Origin: Candidatus Kerfeldbacteria bacterium
GTDB lineage: Bacteria > Patescibacteriota > Patescibacteriia > SBBC01 > CAIJZX01
NCBI GenBank assembly: GCA_963731735.1
Contig: CAVSWO010000002.1
Coordinates: 192,875 to 256,874, forward strand
DNA length: 64,000 bases
Direction: 5' to 3'
Part shown: positions 55,780 through 64,000 of the stretch, one piece after another
How the letters are laid out: every line of letters starts with the position of its first letter
How positions within the stretch are numbered: position 1 is the stretch's first letter
Position numbers and translations under genes: made by a program
The notes under the pieces: generated by a model
Database searches by the model: none
Told to the model about the DNA's origin: nothing
The model's input: the letters and a program-made list of their open reading frames with translations, nothing else

Positions 55780-56202
55780 ATGAAGAAAGTAATTCAGAAA
55801 TTTGAGGTAAGTATCAAAGCCATGCTTTTCCGTGATGGGGGCGTGTTGATGGTTCAAAACCCTAAATCTAAAACTTGGGAATTTCCGGGCGGCCGAATTG
55901 ATGTTGGTGAGGAGAGATATGCACCAGAAGATATTCTAAAGCGAGAACTAAATGAGGAGTTGGGAGAACATATTCAATTTCAAGTTCAGGGTCTTCAAGC
56001 TTCTTGGATAATTCCATTTCGTTCGCCGCGTCTTGGTGAATACATTTATGTAACTGCTTACCTGTGTAATTTTCTAGGCGGCCAAATTACACTCAGCCCA
56101 GAACATTCGAGATTTCGATGGATAACGGCAGAAACGATAAAAGAAATTGAGTTAGTCACCGGGTATCAAAGAGTCCTAGAGAATTTCTGGAAAAACCAAT
56201 AA
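55780..56202 (+). CDS. NUDIX hydrolase, AT-rich gene embedded between tRNA-Gly and tRNA-Leu
   Basis: Nudix box GGRIDVGEERYAPEDILKRELNEELG. The start is 8 nt after tRNA-Gly and tRNA-Leu begins 12 nt after the stop. Codon usage is visibly AT-biased relative to its neighbours. Confidence 0.8.
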   Translation: MKKVIQKFEVSIKAMLFRDGGVLMVQNPKSKTWEFPGGRIDVGEERYAPEDILKRELNEELGEHIQFQVQGLQASWIIPFRSPRLGEYIYVTAYLCNFLGGQITLSPEHSRFRWITAETIKEIELVTGYQRVLENFWKNQ

Positions 56203-56213
56203 AGTAACCAATG

Positions 56214-56299
56214 GCCGGAGTGGCGGAATGGTATACGCAGGGGACTTAAAATCCCCCGCCCGTAAGGGATTGAGAGTTCGATTCTCTCCTCCGGCACCA
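56214..56299 (+). tRNA. tRNA-Leu (anticodon TAA), long variable arm, CCA encoded
   Basis: Hand-folded: acceptor GCCGGAG/CTCCGGC, anticodon stem GGGGA/TCCCC with loop CTTAAAA, long variable arm, T arm GAGAG-TTCGATT-CTCTC. Confidence 0.8.
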
Positions 56300-56357
56300 G
56301 CTTGAATAAATCAAGCTAGTTATATGTTGAATGTGGAATGGGATTATTTTTTTCGTT

Positions 56358-56741
56358 CTATGTATTTTGCTGTAAATCGAGCTCGATGCGGGTGATGATG
56401 GTTTCGAGCTTGGTCAGCATTTTGACATAGTACTGCCGAACACCAAATTTCAAGTATTTATTAATGATGTCCGGACTGACAGTATTGGTTACGAGATAAA
56501 TTGGAATATTGTCCCAGGCTGAGTTTTTCCTGACCGCCTCCATAAAATCTAATCCCGTTTTTTCTGGCATAAAGTGATCGAGCCAGATGGCGTCCAGTTT
56601 TTCAATATTTTGCAAAAAGTCCAACCCTTGTTCAACGCCCCGGGCTCCGGCCACCAAAAAGCCGTCTCGTTCCAACTTAGACTTAATCACTTCTTGGAGA
56701 AGTTCTTCGTCTTCGACTACCAGGATAGAGCGCTTGGCCAT
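56358..56741 (-). CDS. Single-domain response regulator (CheY-like receiver)
   Basis: ILVVEDEELL ... phospho-acceptor region AIWLDHFMPEKTG ... conserved K (YLKFGVRQYYVK). Confidence 0.85.
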   Translation of the reverse strand: MAKRSILVVEDEELLQEVIKSKLERDGFLVAGARGVEQGLDFLQNIEKLDAIWLDHFMPEKTGLDFMEAVRKNSAWDNIPIYLVTNTVSPDIINKYLKFGVRQYYVKMLTKLETIITRIELDLQQNT

Positions 56742-56742
56742 A

Positions 56743-58506
56743 TTAACTCTGGTTAGGGGTTAGCAGCGCCAAATGACGAGTGCCGGATTTAGCCTTCATG
56801 CCGCTCCGCGGGTAGGTAATCTGGAAGGTTGTCCCGCGGCCTTCAGCTGAATTAAATGTAATGCTCCCACCCGTGACGTCAAGGATAGACTTCGTAATAT
56901 ACATCCCGAGGCCGATACCTTCCGGCATCATTCGGGTCGCGTTAGGTGCCCGGTAAAACTTGGAAAATATGTGATCTCGTGACCCAACCGGAATACCAAT
57001 TCCGGTATCCGAGACTTCGATGATGATACTCTGATTATTATATTTCAACCGCAGCCAAATTTGACCGCCATCTGGCGTATAGCGTACCGCATTGGTCAAT
57101 AGGTTTTGAATTACCGTCCGGAGCATGGTTGAATCAACCGCCAGCGTGGGAGCGTCCTGGGCATACTCTTCGGTCAGCGTCACCTTATGCATCGGCTTGG
57201 TCATTACCTCGTTGGCAATTTCATGGAGCAATGGTTCGAGGTCCATTTTTTCGGGCGTAATCATTACTGTCCCAACTTCCAGGCGACTGGTATTCAGTAA
57301 AGCATTCACCAGCTCAACCATTCGTTGATTACTGCGATCGATTTTTTCCACTAAATCTAGTTGTCGTTTACTGAGTTTTCCCGCCACGTTATCCGTCAGC
57401 GCTTCAGTTAGCCAGCCAATAGTCGCGATCGGTGTTTGTAATTGATGCGAAGCGATTGATAGAAATTCAGTTTTCGCCTCTTCAACTTCCTTTTCGCGCG
57501 TTATATCTTCTTCAACGCCAACAAAAAATACAACGTCATTATTTTTATCGAGGATGGGGTTGATCAATATTTTCGCGACGTATTGTTGCCCGTCTTTGCG
57601 GTGATTGGTAACTTCACCAGAAAACGGTTTACGATCGTGCTTAATTACCCGCCACATCGTTTGATAAAATTCAGCCGGCATCAGCCCGCCCCATAATTTT
57701 TTTGTCCCGGCTTTTTGGCCGAGAATTTCGTTTGGTTTCCAGCCGGTCAGGTGTTCAGTCGCCGGGTTGGCATAAATTATCGTGCCGTCCGGTTCGGTAA
57801 TAACAACCTGGTCAGATACTGCGTCGACCGCCATTTTGAATTTGTGAAATTCGTTTTCGAGCTTCCGCTCATGTTCCATTTCAGTATAGGTCCGTTTTAG
57901 CTGAGCGGTATATTGCAAACTCCGTATCCATGACAAACTGACGAAAAATGCGAACAACACGAGAAACGAAGTGTTCAAACCTGGTTCATAAGGTAAATTG
58001 ACCAGGCCAAAGGCGCTGGCAATATTTACCAGGATAATCCATCCAACCATCACCAGCGACCAAAACTTTCCTTGCCGATGGCCGAGCAAAAAGAAAATAA
58101 TTATGGGATAGGGCAACATCCAAAAACGCCCGGCCTGACTGATGCCGCCCGAAACATAAGTCCACGCCACGCCGAAGGTCACGAGCCCACTCAGCACATA
58201 CACCGCAATTTTCGGCCGCCAGCGATAGACTAGAAGGTTCAATAATGTCAACAAGCTAATCAGGATTCCCATACCGCTTAACGCTTCATCTCTGGCGGCG
58301 GCGCGCCACAATAAAATTACCAGGAGTATAACGAGCAGCAAACTAAAGAGCACAAATAAATCAACCACCCGGCCTTGGCCAATTTCAATCCGGTGGGGAA
58401 TGCGGCGTTCAGGATCTATAGTGTAGGGTGTTTGTTGTTTGTTCTGTATACTCGGCATAGCCAAATTTTGCCCCTCCAGTATACCTATTTTTTCCGTACC
58501 TGACAA
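56743..58506 (-). CDS. Membrane sensor histidine kinase with PAS domain
   Basis: N-terminal multi-TM sensor, PAS-like segment, H-box LSIASHQLQTPIATI, N/G boxes (LLTNAVRYT, DTGIGIP, GIGLGMYITKSI). Confidence 0.85.
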   Translation of the reverse strand: MSGTEKIGILEGQNLAMPSIQNKQQTPYTIDPERRIPHRIEIGQGRVVDLFVLFSLLLVILLVILLWRAAARDEALSGMGILISLLTLLNLLVYRWRPKIAVYVLSGLVTFGVAWTYVSGGISQAGRFWMLPYPIIIFFLLGHRQGKFWSLVMVGWIILVNIASAFGLVNLPYEPGLNTSFLVLFAFFVSLSWIRSLQYTAQLKRTYTEMEHERKLENEFHKFKMAVDAVSDQVVITEPDGTIIYANPATEHLTGWKPNEILGQKAGTKKLWGGLMPAEFYQTMWRVIKHDRKPFSGEVTNHRKDGQQYVAKILINPILDKNNDVVFFVGVEEDITREKEVEEAKTEFLSIASHQLQTPIATIGWLTEALTDNVAGKLSKRQLDLVEKIDRSNQRMVELVNALLNTSRLEVGTVMITPEKMDLEPLLHEIANEVMTKPMHKVTLTEEYAQDAPTLAVDSTMLRTVIQNLLTNAVRYTPDGGQIWLRLKYNNQSIIIEVSDTGIGIPVGSRDHIFSKFYRAPNATRMMPEGIGLGMYITKSILDVTGGSITFNSAEGRGTTFQITYPRSGMKAKSGTRHLALLTPNQS

Positions 58507-58531
58507 AGTTGAAATCGGAGGAATACCCAGC

Positions 58532-59098
58532 TCAACCTACTTTTTTCAAGACCAAGGGAATTTTTTGAAAATCATACAAAAGCGTTTTTCGCATGCCGCC
58601 ATTGTAGAGGGCGGCGGCCGGGTGGTAGAGCGGCAGCACAATTCGATTCCGAACCCGTTTGGGCTGGCCATGGACTTGGCTGATCCGCATTTCCGGCGGC
58701 AGAAATAATCCCATCGAATGCCGCCCCAGCGTTACGATCAATTTCGGCGCAATGATGTTGATTTGGTGCCAGAGAAACAAATCCGTACAAGTTCGGATTT
58801 CATCCGGCTCCGGGTCGCGATTCTCTGGCGGACGGCATTTGACCACGTTGGTAATAAACACCGCCGCTCGCGTGAGCTGGATGCTGGTTAGCATTTCATC
58901 CAAAAATTTCCCGGCCGCGCCGACGAAAGGCAGGCCTTGTTCGTCTTCTTTTTTACCTGGTCCTTCGCCCACAAATAGAATATCGGCTTTCGGATTCCCG
59001 CTGCCCGGCACGGCCGTCAGCCGTCCGGCCGCCAGCGGACAGGCCGTGCAGTCGTGCACCGCTCGGGCGATCGCTCCGATGGAAAGGAACTCGCTCAT
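58532..59098 (-). CDS. Family-4 uracil-DNA glycosylase (UDG superfamily, Fe-S type)
   Basis: CTACPL Cys cluster, GEGPG motif (ILFVGEGPGKKEDEQGLPFVGAAGKFLD), HPAAALY. Confidence 0.8.
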   Translation of the reverse strand: MSEFLSIGAIARAVHDCTACPLAAGRLTAVPGSGNPKADILFVGEGPGKKEDEQGLPFVGAAGKFLDEMLTSIQLTRAAVFITNVVKCRPPENRDPEPDEIRTCTDLFLWHQINIIAPKLIVTLGRHSMGLFLPPEMRISQVHGQPKRVRNRIVLPLYHPAAALYNGGMRKTLLYDFQKIPLVLKKVG

Positions 59099-60009
59099 GG
59101 GCCAGCGTTGGTTACAACCAAAAATGCGCCGACCAAGATGATCACCGAGGCCAGTACTTTCTGGGCCAGGTTATGTTCATGAAAAAACTTTCCGCCGATA
59201 ATCACATCAATCAAAACGGCTAGCCGCTTGATAGCGATGACCAGTCCGGCCGCCGCTAAGCCAAAGGCCTGGGCCATTGAAAGATGTGAAGCCAAATGCA
59301 ATCCGGCGATAATGAAAATCAATACCAACATATACCCATGCCCCGAACGTAAAATTTGCAGAGGTTTGCGTTGTACCGAAAAGACCATCAAATACAAGGC
59401 GACGCTGACGGACAGGGTGTAGGCGAGGTAGGTGGTCACCGGGACCTGCTGTAAGACATGCCGGTCAACCACGTTGGCTAACGAAAAAAACGTCAGGCCG
59501 GCGATCGCGAAGTACCCGCCTCGTCTTTTCACGATCGCCACAAACGGGTCAAACATCCGCCGCGGATTCTGACGGACCTCCCGCCACCAACCGGTAGAAT
59601 AGTGTCGCAGTTCAAGCACATAGGTCCCAATCAACATCAAGGCTAAACCAATCAATTGAAAACTCCGGATGGTTTCGCCCAGCAAAACCAGGGCCAGCAG
59701 CGCGGTCAACCCGGGGTCGAGTGATAAAACCGGCAAAACCGTTGAAATTTCCAGTCGTCGCATGGCTTTGGCGATGGAAAAAAAGGCGGTAGCCGTCAAC
59801 GTTCCGGACACCACCAGCAGCACAAACTGGGTCTGCGAAACCGACCATTGAATGGTTGGAAAAAATAAAACCAAGAAGATCGCTAACTTTAAGACACCAA
59901 AAACCGTGACGTATTCCATGGTGTGTTCATGCTGCAGCGTGCGCTTTTGCAACAATCCGACAATCGCAATCGCCAGCGCTGAAAGAAGGGCGTATCCGTA
60001 CCAGGGCAT
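59095..60009 (-). CDS. DMT-superfamily (EamA-like) transporter
   Basis: 304 aa, 10 TM in two repeated halves. Confidence 0.65.
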   Translation of the reverse strand: MPWYGYALLSALAIAIVGLLQKRTLQHEHTMEYVTVFGVLKLAIFLVLFFPTIQWSVSQTQFVLLVVSGTLTATAFFSIAKAMRRLEISTVLPVLSLDPGLTALLALVLLGETIRSFQLIGLALMLIGTYVLELRHYSTGWWREVRQNPRRMFDPFVAIVKRRGGYFAIAGLTFFSLANVVDRHVLQQVPVTTYLAYTLSVSVALYLMVFSVQRKPLQILRSGHGYMLVLIFIIAGLHLASHLSMAQAFGLAAAGLVIAIKRLAVLIDVIIGGKFFHEHNLAQKVLASVIILVGAFLVVTNAGP

Positions 60010-60011
60010 GC

Positions 60012-60506
60012 TCAGAGCGTTACTTCTTCAAAATTACAGGTCATGGTCGCCAAATCCACAACGGCGAAGGACGGGTATTGAAACATGCCGCCGGCGGTGC
60101 CGGGATTGAGGAGCATGGCGGAGCCAAAGGGTTCCCAACGTTTGAGGTGCGTATGCCCATGACAGGCCAAATCGACAGCCCCGCCGGCGGCATCCTGCTC
60201 GGCCACCTTGGGAAAATGATTAAACGTAATCCGGCGATCCTGGATTGTCAGCTGACCATGGTCACCGTGATGGGTAACGTTCGCCAGGCCACTCGCGACC
60301 TTGGCTTCAAGTTCCCGATCCGCCACGTTGCCAAACACGGTATGGAGTTGCCCGGCAAAACTTTCCGCCATCGTCTGGAGCATGGCCGGTGCGGCCGTAT
60401 CGCCGCAATTGATCAGCGTTTGAATAGATTGTTCCGCGAGGAACATTGCAATCCGCTCCCAGGCTTTGACGTTATCGTGCAAATCTGACATGACGACGAT
60501 GCGCAT
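60012..60506 (-). CDS. YfcE-like metallophosphoesterase (calcineurin-like)
   Basis: Motifs MSDLHD, GD, GNxD (GNVAD), GHTH. Start corrected to MRIVVMSDLH. Confidence 0.75.
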   Translation of the reverse strand: MRIVVMSDLHDNVKAWERIAMFLAEQSIQTLINCGDTAAPAMLQTMAESFAGQLHTVFGNVADRELEAKVASGLANVTHHGDHGQLTIQDRRITFNHFPKVAEQDAAGGAVDLACHGHTHLKRWEPFGSAMLLNPGTAGGMFQYPSFAVVDLATMTCNFEEVTL

Positions 60507-60539
60507 AGCCTTAGTGTAGCACACGAGCGTCGATCCGGA

Positions 60540-61169
60540 TTAGAGGTAGCCGCGCGTCCAATAATAGAGAATTGCGCCGTATTCACGTACAACGGATCGG
60601 AAATTAATCCAACGTTCATACAAGCTCCCATGATCGTCGAGCGGAGCGGCAATGCACGTCGTCTGTATTTCAAGCTTGCGAAATAGCCGACAGCCGCGCC
60701 AGGTGTGATAGCTGCTGGTAACTACAATCGCCGTATCCCAATCATTGGCCTGCATAATGGCGTAGCTATTGGCCGCGTTTTGATAGGTATCCAGCGATTG
60801 ATTTTCTTCAATAATCTTCGACTCGGGCACGCCGAGGCTGGCTAAAAACGGTTTCATATACTTCGATTCAATTTTTTCGGTGTGACGACTAAACCCGCCG
60901 GCCACGATCACGACCGGCGCGTACTCGGCATCCCACAGCTGCTTGGCTGTCCGGAGGCGGTCTTGGGCTTGGGGCGGTAATGAGACCGGATTTTTTCTGG
61001 TACCGGCTCCAAGCACCACCAGCACATCCGCGGCTTGGGGTGTCTCATGGACGGTCAACGGCCAAGCCAGCGCCTGGGTTGGCCAGGGGGTGGCAACCAC
61101 TAACACCAACCACAGCAGGACCGAACCCGCTAAGCTCCACCAGACCTGACGTCCCAACCGAGGCCTCAT
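60540..61169 (-). CDS. DUF218 (YdcF/ElyC/SanA-like) domain protein with an N-terminal TM segment
   Basis: VLVVLGAG...VIVAGG...SSYHTWR pattern typical of DUF218. Confidence 0.6.
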   Translation of the reverse strand: MRPRLGRQVWWSLAGSVLLWLVLVVATPWPTQALAWPLTVHETPQAADVLVVLGAGTRKNPVSLPPQAQDRLRTAKQLWDAEYAPVVIVAGGFSRHTEKIESKYMKPFLASLGVPESKIIEENQSLDTYQNAANSYAIMQANDWDTAIVVTSSYHTWRGCRLFRKLEIQTTCIAAPLDDHGSLYERWINFRSVVREYGAILYYWTRGYL

Positions 61170-62011
61170 GTGCGCAGCCGTTTTAAGGTGGTAATGTCCT
61201 TGGGGAGCTGGTCATCCCAGGGGGTTTCCAGCGCCATGTTTATTTTTTTCAATTTTGGATGATTGACGATCGCTCGGAACCCCGCCAGGCCAATTTTGCC
61301 TTTCCCGATATGCTCGTGGCGGTCCTTGTGTTCGCCCAGCCCGGCTTTCGAGTCGTTCCCATGAAAGAATGTAAGGCGAGGCAGTCCAAACGTTTTGTCT
61401 ATCTGCTTGACGGTGGCCTGGACCGCCGCCGGCGTCCGAATATCATAGCCGGCCGCGAACAGGTGACAGGTGTCCAGACAGACCCCGATTTTTCCCCGAT
61501 ATGGTTTTTTCGTTTCGGCGTGCTTGATCAGCGAAGCAAGTTCTTCAAAACTTCCACCGGTTGATGAACCCGCGCCGGCAGAAATTTCAAGGGTCAGTTG
61601 GCAACTTCCCGTGTAGCCATCCAGGACACGCTGAATCGCCCGCCAAGTTTTATGAAATCCAAGTTTTGGTCCGGCGTCCTTGGTTGAACCGAGGTGGGTC
61701 GTGATGTATTTGAAACCAAGTTGAGAACCGCGTTCCAATTCTTCACGCACGATCTTAATCGAACCGTAACGAATCGGGGGTTTTGTAGACGCGAAGTTTA
61801 TGAAATACGGGGTGTGGATATAGTATTCCGTAAATTTGTGCTTTTTCACTTCAGCCTTGAAGTGCTCAATGATGGATGGGGTTAACTTGGGAGCCGGCCC
61901 GCCTTGGGGCGGTCGGCTAAAGACCTGAAAAACTTCGCAACCAATTTTGGCGGCGTTTCCTGGGGCATTGAAGATGCCGCCTGCGGCGGATACGTGCGCA
62001 CCGAATTTCAT
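61166..62011 (-). CDS. nfo: Endonuclease IV (AP endonuclease, TIM barrel)
   Basis: MKFGAHVSAAGG N-terminus and Zn-binding His/Glu/Asp pattern (HGNDSKAGLGEHKDRHEHIGKGKIG). Confidence 0.9.
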   Translation of the reverse strand: MKFGAHVSAAGGIFNAPGNAAKIGCEVFQVFSRPPQGGPAPKLTPSIIEHFKAEVKKHKFTEYYIHTPYFINFASTKPPIRYGSIKIVREELERGSQLGFKYITTHLGSTKDAGPKLGFHKTWRAIQRVLDGYTGSCQLTLEISAGAGSSTGGSFEELASLIKHAETKKPYRGKIGVCLDTCHLFAAGYDIRTPAAVQATVKQIDKTFGLPRLTFFHGNDSKAGLGEHKDRHEHIGKGKIGLAGFRAIVNHPKLKKINMALETPWDDQLPKDITTLKRLRT

Positions 62012-62077
62012 GTCCGTATTGTACCATAAAGAAAAACCCGCCGGTCAGGCGGGATTTTTCTTGGACGCGGCGCAGGA

Positions 62078-63364
62078 TTAGGCCGCCACCGCCCACGCCT
62101 TGAGTTTGCCCACCACTTTGCGATTGGTCAGCATGACTTTGGCGAAGTCCCGATAATCATCGGATTCGATCTGGGCCTTGAGGTCCGGGTATTGTTCATA
62201 CGTTTTGAGCGCCTGCTGCACCTCGGCGTCAATTTCCGCCGGATCAACGCCGATGTTCTCGGCCTTGGCTATGGCCCGCAAGAGCAACGCGGACTTGACC
62301 CGTTTCTCAGCTTGGGGTTTGAATTCCTTGAGTAAATCTTCTTCCGATTTCTTGATGCTTTGCAGGTAGTCCGGAAATTTTAAGCCCCGGCGCTCAACTT
62401 CTTCAGCCAGTTCATGGCGCATTTTATGCACTTCATTTTCGATCAGCATTTCCGGAAGTTCTCCGAATTTCGTTTCCGCAATCAGTTTATCAATGATCGC
62501 TAATTCGTGTTTGCGATCGGCAGCTTGGTCAGCCTCGTCGGCCAAATTTTTCTCAATTTGTTGCTTCAGTTCGGCCAGGGTTTGATACTTGCTGGCTTGT
62601 TTGGCGAATGCGTCATCAAGCGCCGGTTTCTCAACCTGTAAAACCGATTTCACGTCAACCGCAAAGTGCCCGGTTTTCCCCGCCACGTCCGGATTGTGAT
62701 AGTCTTTCGGAAATTGGAGATCGAATTCTTTGTGGTCACCGGGTTTCGTCCCAACCAGCTGGTCTTCGAAGCCCGGGATAAACTGCCCGCCGCCAATCGT
62801 GACCGGATGCTGCTTGCTCGACCCGCCTTCAACCGGCTGACCGTCCATCGTGAGGGCAAAATCGACCTCAACTTTGTCTCCCGATTGGGCCGGTCGATCC
62901 GCGGCTGCTTCCTTAGCGAACATTTGTTGTAAATCGCTGAGTGCTTTCTCGATCTGTTCGGGCTTGACCGGGTTGACGTCCTTGGCCACTTTAACCTTTT
63001 GATATTCACCGAGTTTTATCTCAGGCATCGTCGCTACTTCAGCCTGATACGAGAACGGATTGTCCGGCGCTAAGGTGTGAACGGATATTTTCGGTGAGCC
63101 GACACTTTGGATATTTTGCTGCTTGATTGCCTCCGGATACGATTTGCGGACGGCAATTTCAGCTGCCTGCTCCCAGACTGCCGCGGCGCCAAGTTTCTGC
63201 ATCACAATCCCCAGGCTGGCTTTGCCCGGACGAAATCCTTCAATCTTATGTTGTTTTGACAAGGCTTCAGCCGCCCGTTCGAGATACGGCTGCATTTCAT
63301 CAACCGAAAGCTCGACCGTAAGCTTGAGAAGTGACTTGGGAAGTTTTTCGACGGAGACATTCAT
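62078..63364 (-). CDS. tig: Trigger factor
   Basis: Ribosome-binding signature GFRPGKA in the N-domain, central FKBP-like PPIase domain, C-terminal arm domain. 428 aa. Confidence 0.9.
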   Translation of the reverse strand: MNVSVEKLPKSLLKLTVELSVDEMQPYLERAAEALSKQHKIEGFRPGKASLGIVMQKLGAAAVWEQAAEIAVRKSYPEAIKQQNIQSVGSPKISVHTLAPDNPFSYQAEVATMPEIKLGEYQKVKVAKDVNPVKPEQIEKALSDLQQMFAKEAAADRPAQSGDKVEVDFALTMDGQPVEGGSSKQHPVTIGGGQFIPGFEDQLVGTKPGDHKEFDLQFPKDYHNPDVAGKTGHFAVDVKSVLQVEKPALDDAFAKQASKYQTLAELKQQIEKNLADEADQAADRKHELAIIDKLIAETKFGELPEMLIENEVHKMRHELAEEVERRGLKFPDYLQSIKKSEEDLLKEFKPQAEKRVKSALLLRAIAKAENIGVDPAEIDAEVQQALKTYEQYPDLKAQIESDDYRDFAKVMLTNRKVVGKLKAWAVAA

Positions 63365-63398
63365 ACGGGGTGATGCCGATAATCAATAGAACTTGGCT

Positions 63399-63427
63399 AG
63401 CCTATCGAGTTTATACTCGTTTGTCAA
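63399..63427 (-). promoter_or_regulatory. Promoter for tig: TTGACA-17 bp-TAGGCT, about 30-nt 5' UTR
   Basis: Minus strand reads gggTTGACAaacgagtataaactcgaTAGGCTagccaag... Confidence 0.45.
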
Positions 63428-63441
63428 CCCGAAAAGAAAAA

Positions 63442-63461
63442 CCGCCATCTAGCGATGGCGG
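63442..63461 (-). terminator. Intrinsic terminator hairpin (CCGCCATC-tagc-GATGGCGG) followed on the minus strand by UUUUUCUUUUC
   Basis: Read directly. It overlaps the stop of the weak ORF 63449..63790. Confidence 0.5.
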
Positions 63462-63790
63462 CGGGAACGGGTGATGACTCCATGCTGGGGGCGCGCTTCA
63501 CGGATCTGGCAAACGGCCGTCCGCCGCAACGAATTATTCTCCGTCTTCAGACCTTGCCAGAGAACTTTAGAACACGGCAGCGGGCCGGTCCAGGTGACGC
63601 GCCGCTCCGGCTGCAGCGACTCCACTAAAACCACCCGCAGGCCAAGGTTAGTCTGCCACACCTGACCGGTCAGCAGCAGGTCTTTGGGACCGAGCGGGAG
63701 TGGTAAGGCCACCACCTGATCCGCCTGCAATTCAGCCTCACACACATATCGCCGATTGGCGATGTGCATCAAAAACTGGATCTTCATCAA
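63449..63790 (-). CDS. Hypothetical protein. Weak call.
   Basis: 113-aa track ORF with no motif. Its C-terminus is translated through the terminator stem. Confidence 0.3.
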   Translation of the reverse strand: MMKIQFLMHIANRRYVCEAELQADQVVALPLPLGPKDLLLTGQVWQTNLGLRVVLVESLQPERRVTWTGPLPCSKVLWQGLKTENNSLRRTAVCQIREARPQHGVITRSRRHR

Positions 63791-63918
63791 ACCCTCCTTG
63801 GAATGAGCCGTCTGCCGTCACCCTACGAGCCGATATCCGTCTTGTCAAATGTTGGGTACCGGCGTAGTTTACCTATAGTCTCTCGTCCTTTTCCACCCTC
63901 TTACGTCGCGGAGGAGCT

Positions 63919-64000
63919 ATGCGCCATTGGATGGTGCTTGGTTTCGGCACCGCTCTTCAGGTTGGCTTGATTTTCGGGTTGGCCGTGATCGTCCGGCCCC
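63919..64000 (+). CDS. 5' end of a membrane-protein gene (MRHWMVLGFGTALQVGLIFGLAVIVRP...) running off the window
   Basis: ATG preceded by GGAGGAG. Hydrophobic N-terminus. A candidate promoter TTGTCA-17-TAGTTT lies upstream. Confidence 0.4.
   Translation, partial: MRHWMVLGFGTALQVGLIFGLAVIVRP

Overview
The window is a 64-kb chromosomal segment of a moderately GC-rich, small-gene bacterium. The gene content suggests an uncultivated small-genome lineage (CPR/Patescibacteria-like), but that is inference. Housekeeping genes are dense: rsmA, tsaC, leuS, a YifB/ComM-type ATPase, lspA, cmk, pnp, rpsO, a cold-shock protein, pilT, nfo, tig and a dCMP deaminase. I find eight tRNA genes and many TTGACA-17-TAnnnT promoters. 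Intrinsic terminators are common.

The most striking feature sits at the 5' end: four tightly packed minus-strand genes.
- They encode a membrane-anchored thrombospondin-type-3 (TSP3) Ca-repeat protein followed by three giant Cys-rich secreted proteins.
- The giant proteins are 1836 aa, 1355 aa and at least 538 aa, and carry BNR/Ycf48-like propeller, Ig/FN3-like and CBM-like modules.
- The last one is cut by the window edge and is missing from the ORF track.

Other notable elements:
- A 466-bp AT-rich ORF-free gap holds a perfect consensus promoter and, about 360 nt away, an intrinsic terminator; this is a candidate ncRNA or long regulatory leader.
- An exact 22-nt direct repeat of a tRNA 3' end lies 130-160 bp downstream of two tRNAs, Arg-TCG and Gly-TCC; these look like att-like scars.
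- An NYN-nuclease gene sits between rpsO and pnp.
- A 50-aa His-rich membrane protein with a GGAGG RBS is unannotated.
- A low-GC islet holds a NUDIX gene embedded between tRNA-Gly and tRNA-Leu plus a two-component system.
- An extracytoplasmic thiol-disulfide cluster contains DsbA, a possible VKOR-like protein, a CcdA-TlpA fusion and a thioredoxin.
- An ApbE/FMN-binding/FNR-like flavinylation redox module is present.
- A tyrosine recombinase with an apparent leaderless promoter lies next to tRNA-Arg(TCT).

I saw no rRNA, CRISPR array or transposase. Coordinates derived by eye may be off by 1-2 nt.
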